From Selaginella moellendorffii (lineage: Eukaryota > Plantae > Lycopodiophyta): DNA of 19,817 nt. Location of the stretch: contig NW_003314509.1 in NCBI RefSeq assembly GCF_000143415.4, forward strand, positions 1 to 19,817. Reading direction: 5' to 3'. The position numbers and the translations under genes were made by a program. Shown piece by piece: positions 10,976-17,535 of this stretch (positions are counted from its first letter, which is position 1; every line of letters begins with the position of its first letter). A model generated the notes under the pieces. That model saw only the letters and a program-made list of their open reading frames with translations. It searched no databases and was not told the origin of the DNA.

Positions 10976-11668
10976 ATGGAGTGAATATACTTGATGGGCC
11001 GCCCTAATCACGTGAATGGCAAGGTCCATGCTCGTGATAAGCTGGTCTCAAGAAAGTGATGGATTTGCTCCAGCAGCCATAAAATGTTTGCACTGTTGGG
11101 CACCAAGTCGTTCACGGCAATGAGCAATTTAGCAAACCAACGCATATAACTCAAGAGGTGAAGAAAGCAATTGAGAGGGCTATTCCTCTAGCTCCACTTC
11201 ACAATCCAGCAAACTTGGAGGTAACAGATCTTTACTTTCTTTTTCCAAAAAGAAAAATCCATTTATTTGTCCCATTTTTTCTCCAACCTTTCTCTTAAAA
11301 TGATCACAAAAACTTTCCAGGGAATTCAAATTGCTGAGGAGCTCTTCCATTGCCCCCACATAGCCGTCTTTGACACAGCCTTCCACTCCACCATCCCCTA
11401 GCTATCATACATGTATAGAATCCCCTAGAAGCTGTACAAAGAGCTGGGTGTGCGGCGCTATGGCTTCCACAGGACGAGCTACTAGTTTCTTCTTGGCGAG
11501 GCCTCCTGCGCTCTTGGAAGGCCAGTGCTGGAACTTAATCTCATTGCCTTCCATCTCGGCATTGGAGCGAGAGTGTGTGTGATCAAATATGTGGAATTGA
11601 TCAATACAAGCATGGGAATGACTCCACTCGAAGGTTTAGTGATGGCTACTCGGAGTGGTGGTGTTGAT
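10976..11668 (+). pseudogene. ackA: Acetate kinase pseudogene, spliced, 3'-truncated
   Basis: 11041-11220: [59 protein letters not shown]. 11321-11668: GIQIAEELFHCPHIAVFDTAFHSTIP*LSYMYRIP*KLYKELGVRRYGFHRTSY*FLLGEASCALGRPVLELNLIAFHLGIGARVCVIKYVELINTSMGMTPLEGLVMATRSGGVD. These match acetokinase signatures (GHRVVHGG, PLHNP, VFDTAFH, RYGFHG, HLGNG, TSMGxTPLEGLVMxTRSG). The 5' extension to 10976 (ME*I, putative ERI) is weaker. Confidence 0.95.
11221..11320 (+). other. Phase-0 spliceosomal intron (100 nt) of the acetate kinase pseudogene
   Basis: GAG|GTAACA...T-rich...TTTCCAG|GGA. Removal joins PANLE to GI in frame. Confidence 0.93.
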
Positions 11669-12254
11669 CTTTTACAGACTTAATTATTAGTGAATAAAGC
11701 TTATATTAAAACACAAAAGTATTCCAAATAAGTTATCATCCGATAAATCAATAGTAGAGTACATGAACCACTAAGATCAGCATATTTGGAAAACATAGGA
11801 TTCACCATCTAACAAAATTCAATAGCCAGTGTATCATCAAGGAAACTTAATGATAAAACTTAACTACTAAAGATTGTAGATAGCATGTCAAACAACTTAC
11901 AAAAGATAACTTAAAGAACACAAAGTATCATTAACTAGCAAGTAAGATGCTCGTGAATGTACCACTTAAAGGAAATAACATCCAATCTATTGAATGTATC
12001 ACCTAATGCCAATCATTGCACTAGCCATTCTGAATAAATCCTAGTCAACAATATGAAGTAACTCAAGTTGCTTAAACAAGTGTTAGCAACATCCTATCAA
12101 TGTCTCAAACCCGAAAGACCAATCCAAAGCAAACCATAAAAACATGTGATATTGTGAAAAGCTATAAGCTATTAAAGCAAATAACTAACTATCACAAAAG
12201 ATCATCAATCATCCTATGCTATCCGCCTCTATCCTTCACTAGACCTAAGGAAAA

Positions 12255-12267
12255 GGCTCCAATACTA
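12255..12267 (-). promoter_or_regulatory. Second PBS copy outside the 3' LTR
   Basis: ggctccaatacta-aat-TGTAAG, same arrangement as 16431-16452. Confidence 0.8.
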
Positions 12268-12270
12268 AAT

Positions 12271-12979
12271 TGTAAGCCATACATTTTTCCTTTCCAATTT
12301 GCCAGCTTATTTCGTCTATCCGACCAACACTGCCTTGGCTTTTGCCAAATTCCCTCACCAAGGTTCCTGCCTATGGTACTAACTCTTACTTGGTCCTACT
12401 TGGTTTCAGCTACTCACTGCATGAGCAATAGAGCGTTAACCATCCATTCATGGATTCCCAAATCTCTCCCAATCCCCCTCCCCGGGTTAGATTGGACTTA
12501 AGGTTCGGCTACACTCCCTATAGGCACAAGCAGCCAAGCACACCAAGCCTCCAAGTTCCTAACATCCCTTGGTACCATAAGACTTGATCATGGGACCCTC
12601 TAAATCCCAAGTCTTGAGTGCAACACATGCTTTATGACGCCGGGGTGAAACACGATGGCATAACGGCCTCTCCCCCCCCCCCCACTTCCATCCCAAAGGA
12701 AAGGCCCAAGCCCTTGGGAAGGGCGAGGACCAATAAGCTGCAAGGTACTCAAGTGGGGCACCACTCCACATGAGCCGAGAGCACCGCAGTCGGTTTCCCT
12801 TTCGGGAGTGGGAGCTGTTCTTGAGCACTTCCTTGGGTGGCCCCTCTGGCACCATCCGAGTCCATGCTCACTCCCACCCAAGGCCCCTCGGCCCTAGTCT
12901 CAACCTCAAGTCAGTTTGGAAGCACCACTGAAGAGTTCCTTCAAGACTAGTTCTTGGACCTCACTATCCTTACTATACA
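12271..12979 (-). repeat. 3' LTR of the chromovirus
   Basis: TGTAAG...TACA, homologous to 16447-17154. A minus-strand purine tract AGGATAAAAAGAGATG (~12982-12997) lies next to it as a candidate PPT. Confidence 0.85.
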
Positions 12980-13724
12980 AACATCTCTTTTTATCCTATG
13001 ACTTGTTGACTATGTCTCCGGGGGCATCCCCCAACTTAGCAGTGTGCCTAAGTTAGCCTCCTTGGCCAAGAGTCCATGACAACGGAATATAGGTGTCCCT
13101 ATACCCCTCACCTCACCACGCTCTAGTATAGGGTCGAGACTTGAACCCAGCCTTGCTTTATTAGGGGGTTGGGACTCGAACCCAACCTCCGTAGAATATG
13201 TCTACGGATTTGACATCCCCGCAAGGAGTCGGGTATAGTTTCCTACGCCTGGTTGACCTAACTAGCCCATGCTAATTACCTTACCTTCGGCGTGCCTTCG
13301 GGTCCCAACATATGCCATTGCTCAACTTCACAAATTGATACTTTAATTGAACTTTGCATAAGTACATAGAGTTCTGCCTTGTAGAAATTCCTCCACTAAA
13401 TCTCGCTCATTCGCTAGGTTCTCCTTTGGTTCCCATGTTTCTTCGCAGTGTGGAAATCCTTTCCACTTCACATAGAACTCTCTCACCTTGCATCCTTGTC
13501 ACTTGCTCTTGTGTGCATTGATGATGGCCTCGACTTCATATTCCTCCTCCCCTTGGATAACCTCAAATAAAAGTCTTACTTGGTCCTTGTGAAACGGATC
13601 TTCAAAGTACGGCTTGAGTAAGTTCACATAGAACACTAGGTGCATCTTCCCCATCTCTCAAGGAAGTCAGAGATGGTAAACCACTTTACCGATTCGTGCC
13701 TCAATCTCATAAGGCCCAGCAAAC

Positions 13725-13776
13725 CTGCTTAAGGAACTCAAGATCAATTCAATTCTAGGAATACATGCATTTTTAC
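13725..13776 (-). other. Putative spliceosomal intron, 52 nt, phase 2, in integrase
   Basis: CAA AG|GTAAAAATGCATGTATTCCTAGAATTGAATTGATCTTGAGTTCCTTAAGCAG|G TTT GCT GGG CCT TAT. Removal gives KLTQRFAGPY. Confidence 0.82.
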
Positions 13777-14194
13777 CTTTGGGTCAACTTCCAGCTGATC
13801 CCACTTGGCAGCCTGAGGTTCTTGGTGTTTAGCCACACCTTCTTCCCAACTTGGAACTTTACATTCCGACGCTTCTGGTTCGCATATTTGGTTTGCCTTT
13901 GTTGAGCCCGTTCCAAGAAATCCCTCACTAGAATCCAAATGTTGAGTCTTTCCGCCATGAATGCCTCCACTGCGGGTAACTCTCCATGGTACTCGGCCAT
14001 GCCAAGCTCCACAGGACCTTCAATAGCTCGCCCATTGATGACTTCCCATGGACTCACCCCGATACTCGAATGTGGTGAGTTGTTATAACATATTTCCGCA
14101 AGTCCCAAATGACTTACCCAATCGGTCTGGTCTCCTGAGACATAGCATTGCAAATAATCCTCCAGTTGCCTATTCACCCTTTCTGTTTGTCCGT

Positions 14195-14241
14195 CTGTCA
14201 AGAAGCGTTAGTGCCATCAAACTTGACTTAATACCCAATAC
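14195..14241 (-). other. Putative spliceosomal intron, 47 nt, phase 1, in the integrase catalytic core
   Basis: CAC CCA TAG ATA A|GTATTGGGTATTAAGTCAAGTTTGATGGCACTAACGCTTCTTGACAG|AC GGA CAA ACA GAA AGG. CTAAC branch motif present. Removal restores HPQx(D/N)GQTERVN spacing. Confidence 0.85.
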
Positions 14242-14464
14242 TTATCTATGGGTGATAGGCTGTGCTGAATTTCAACTTGGTGCGATACTGTTTTAGAAGA
14301 GTTCTCCAGAACTTACTAGTGAAGATCTTATCTCAATCTAAGATGATCTCTTCCGGCCTTCCCTGCACTCGAACCATTTGTTCGAAGAACAACTTCGCTA
14401 CACCTTCCGCATCCACTTCCGTTGTGGTGGGTATGAAATGTGCCATCTTCGAAAATCGGTTGGT

Positions 14465-16387
14465 GCTTGAGCTCCTCAAGTTCTTTTTGGTGCAAACGAT
14501 AGGGGGAACGAACCACCACCTTAACACCCTTGACCAACTCAATCTTATGTTTTATCGGTCGTGCCGGGGGCAACCCCGCCGGTAGCTCCTCCGGCATGGT
14601 ATCTTGGAATTGGTCCAACACCCGCTAGATCACTAAAGGTACTTCTTCTATTCCCGTCTCTTTGTCACTCTTCATGGAGAGTAAGCACGGAAATGCTACC
14701 TTGGTTCCTTTAGTGAGTTGTCTTCTCATGGACACCAGGTTTAGGCAAGAATCTTTGGCTTTGCATTGCCCTACCTTTAGATCCTGGGCCTCCACCCTGG
14801 ATTTTCTTCCTTGGGCATTCACTAGTACCACAAGGTTCCTACCTTGTCCATGCAAGGCTACCATGAACCAATCCATCCCGAAGATCACGTCAAATCCTGC
14901 CATGTCCAACACGGTGAAATCCATGTCTACTTTCCATGTCCCTATTTCGACTCTCGCTTGTCGAAATACCTCATCGGTGCTTTGGCTACCTTGAACAAAC
15001 TCTATAGTCCTTGGTTCATCCAGCCGCTGCACCGTTAGTCCAGCTTGCCAGACTATGTTTGTAGCCACAAAATTATCCAAAGCACCTGTGTCAATAAGGA
15101 TCTTAACAAAACTACCTCCGAGCTTCCCTCGGAGGGTTAGTAGATGTTGCGAACAACTCTCTACCAAAGTTGCTGGGGTAATGAGTGACTTTGAGTTAGG
15201 GACTAGATCACATACCTCAGTTTGGATTTCATCCAACTTAATGGCCATATTGGCTCTAGCCTTCTTCGGGTAGGGACATTCCCTCGAAAAATGTCCCACT
15301 TCACCGCAGTTGTAGTATATGTTGTTTCCCACGTTACTAACTGACTTGACCTTCTTATCCGTGGGTTTGTCTTTTTTTGCTTGACTCCCCTACGTACTTA
15401 CTCACTAGCCACCGGATTTGCCTTTCCGGAACCCCGAGGACTCATTCTTAGAGAAACTCTTCTTGAATTTCCCTTTGTTATACGTTCCCCTTGGTTTGGC
15501 CCCTTTGTTAAATGTGGACCCCAACCTTGTCGTTCCCCTTTCGTAGGTTATCGTTGAAATGCACCTTAATGGCTGCATCCAACGCTTCCTTGTAGTTGGT
15601 CGTGTTCCAACGCATTACCTCATTGCGAGCCTAGGTTTGCAAGCTTGATATGAAGGCATGGAACGCATCCATATCCCCCATGTCCGTGACAAGTATCCTC
15701 TTTGCCATAAACCCTGAATGGTTCCAGTCTACTTTAGCCTACTAAGCTCGTCTTTTAGATGTAGAGTAGCATTTGGAGGAACGTAAGTCATGCGGATCCT
15801 TGCCTTCATCATTTCCCAAGTGGCCACCGGTCCTTCGTTGGCCTCTATCATTCTCCACCAAGACTTGGCATTATCTGCTAAGTATGGTTTTGCACATGAG
15901 ACCTTCTCCAAGCTTGGTAACCGCAACACTTGAAAATAGTCCTCCATATTGTAAAACCACTCCTCCACCACCTTATAGTCATTCACTCCCTTGAAGATCG
16001 GTGGGGGCTTTGGTTTGTACTTGGGACTGATTCCACTTTGGTCTGTTCGACCTTGTTTGGTTTTGCCTCAGTCCCTGCCGAAGGGTTCACACCTTCTGCA
16101 CTGCCAGCATCCGCAGTCTTTTGCCTTTTCTTCCGCTTCTTATCACGCTTTAGTTTGCGTCCGAGAGTCTCCAGCAGGGTATTGGTCTGTGCCAATTGTC
16201 CTTCTAGAATGTCCAATTGAGCCTTGGACGACCGAACCTTACTACCGGACTCTTGTTTGGAAGTTTCCTCATTGGAGTCCTCCTCATGCAAGGATTCCTC
16301 ATCCATAGCCTTTTGTTCGACTGGAGGCTCCAGCTCTGGAGGAGGTTCCATCTCCGCCTTGGTTTGTTTCCGCCCTGCCTTTGCCAT
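14465..16387 (-). pseudogene. gag-protease and pre-RT linker of the chromovirus (frameshifted)
   Basis: ATG at 16387, 44 nt after the PBS. PPPIFKGVND..VEEWFYNMEDYF..AKSWWR..TWEMMKARI..LK*TGTI; knuckle YYNCGEVGHFSREC; protease ILIDTGALDNFV..DVIFGMDWF; linker GLPPARPIKHKIEL..SPYRLHQKELEELK, ending abruptly at ~14465. Confidence 0.93.
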
Positions 16388-16430
16388 CTCCCAGCAATCT
16401 GCTTCTATCCTTCGCTAGAACTGAGGAAAA

Positions 16431-16443
16431 GGCTCCAATACCA
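16431..16443 (-). promoter_or_regulatory. Primer binding site, initiator tRNA-Met-like (variant)
   Basis: Minus strand TGGTATTGGAGCC versus canonical TGGTATCAGAGCC, 3 nt from the LTR end. Confidence 0.85.
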
Positions 16444-16446
16444 AAT

Positions 16447-17155
16447 TGTAAGCCACAAATTTTTCCTTTCCAATTTGCCAGCTTACCTTGTCTATCCAAC
16501 CAACACTGCCTTGGCTTTTGCTAAGTTCCCTCGCCAAAGTTCCCACCTATGGTACCAACTCCTACTTGGTCTTATTTGGTTTCAACTACTTACTACACAA
16601 ATAACAGAGCATTAGCCATCCATTCATGGATTCCCAAATCTCTCCCAATCCCCCTCCCCGGGTTAGATTGGACTTAAGGTTCGGCTACACTCCCCACAAG
16701 CACAAGCAGCCAAGCACACCAAGCCTCTAGGTTCTTAACATCCCTTGGTACCACAATACTTGATCATGGGACCCTCTAAATCCCAAGTCTTGAGTGCAAC
16801 ACATGTTTCGGGACGCTAGGGCGAAACACCGTGGCCTAACGGCCCAGTATGGGTACCTCTACCCCCCCACTTCCATCCCAAAGGGAAGGCCCAAGCCTCT
16901 GGGAAGGGCGAAGACCAATGAGCCGCAAGGTACTCAAATGGGGCTATGAGCTGAGAGCACCACAGTCAGTTTCCCTTTCGGGAGTAGGAGCTGCTCTTGA
17001 GCACTTCCTTGGGTGGCCCCTTTGGCACCACCCAAGTCCATGCTCACTCCCACCCAAGGCCCCTCAGCCCCAGTCTCAACCTCAAGTCAGTTTGGAAGCA
17101 CCACTGAAGAGTTCTTTCAAGACTGGTTCCTGGACTTCACTATCCCTATTATACT
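16447..17155 (-). repeat. 5' LTR of the chromovirus (may extend to 17616)
   Basis: Homologous to 12271-12978. About 26 differences in the first 180 bp by manual count, nearly all transitions. Confidence 0.85.
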
Positions 17156-17231
17156 TTTGGAACCCCTGTAGCCCCCCCCCCCCCTGGGAGATGCACGCTT
17201 TGGGCTTTCACCCCTTGACCTGTATTAGTAC

Positions 17232-17535
17232 TTGGACTCGGTCTCGGACTTGATCTTGGACTTGATCTCGGACCCGACTTTGGACTTGGTCTTGGACTCG
17301 ATCTCGGACCCAATCTCGGACTCGACCTCGGACTCGGTCTCAGAACCGATCTCGGATCTTGGACTTTATCTCGAACTCAGTCTCCGAGTCGGCCTCGGAC
17401 TCGGTCTCAGAACCGATCTCGGATCTTGGACTTTATCTCGAACTTGGTCTCCGAGTCGGCCTCGGACTCGAGCCCAGACTCTATCTCAAACTTGGTTTTA
17501 AAGTCGGTCTTAGACTCGATCTCAGACTCGGTCCC
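17232..17535. repeat. Degenerate hexamer array (CTCGGA/CTCGGT/CTTGGA/CTCGAT) with a 67-bp higher-order duplication
   Basis: Units start at 17327, 17394 and (partial) 17461, each ctcggactcg. The first two differ at only two positions. Confidence 0.92.

Larger units (their letters stand above)
13343..14464 (-). pseudogene. Integrase core and C-terminus with GPY motif and chromodomain, split into three exon-like blocks
   Basis: NRFSKMAHFIP..GRPEEIILD*DKIFTSKFW..KLKFSTAYHP*I[N]GQTERVNRQLEDYLQCY..EICYNN..SPWEVING..AQQRQTKYANQKRR..FQVGKKVWL..KLTQ[R]FAGPYEIEARIGKVVYHL..MHLVFYVNLLKPY. Chromodomain ~13385-13546: EYEVEAIINAHKSK*QGCKVREFYVKWKGFPHCEETWEPKENLANERDLVEEF. Confidence 0.95.
12271..17155 (-). 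mobile_element. Degenerate, internally deleted chromoviral Ty3/gypsy element (gag-PR-[RT/RH deleted]-IN-chromodomain) with intron-like inserts in integrase
   Basis: ~710-bp direct repeats at offset 4176, Met-type PBS, gag with zinc knuckle, DTG protease, integrase core, GPY motif and chromodomain. The right boundary may extend to CTTACA at 17616. Confidence 0.93.

Noticed and set aside
13130-13270. tRNA gene suggested by GGTTCGAGTCC
   Set aside because: No acceptor stem, D arm or anticodon arm could be built. Kept only as part of the hairpin array.
13317-13365. Possible third intron after the chromodomain (minus strand GTACTT...TGAGCAA, ~48 nt)
   Set aside because: It ends in AA rather than AG, and there is no conserved downstream protein to test the frame.
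12100-17253. Plus-strand ORFs and ORFs inside the LTRs (e.g. 12100-12501, 14662-14994, 16217-16615, 16849-17253)
   Set aside because: Antisense shadows of gag-pol or chance ORFs in LTRs, not maintained between the two LTR copies.
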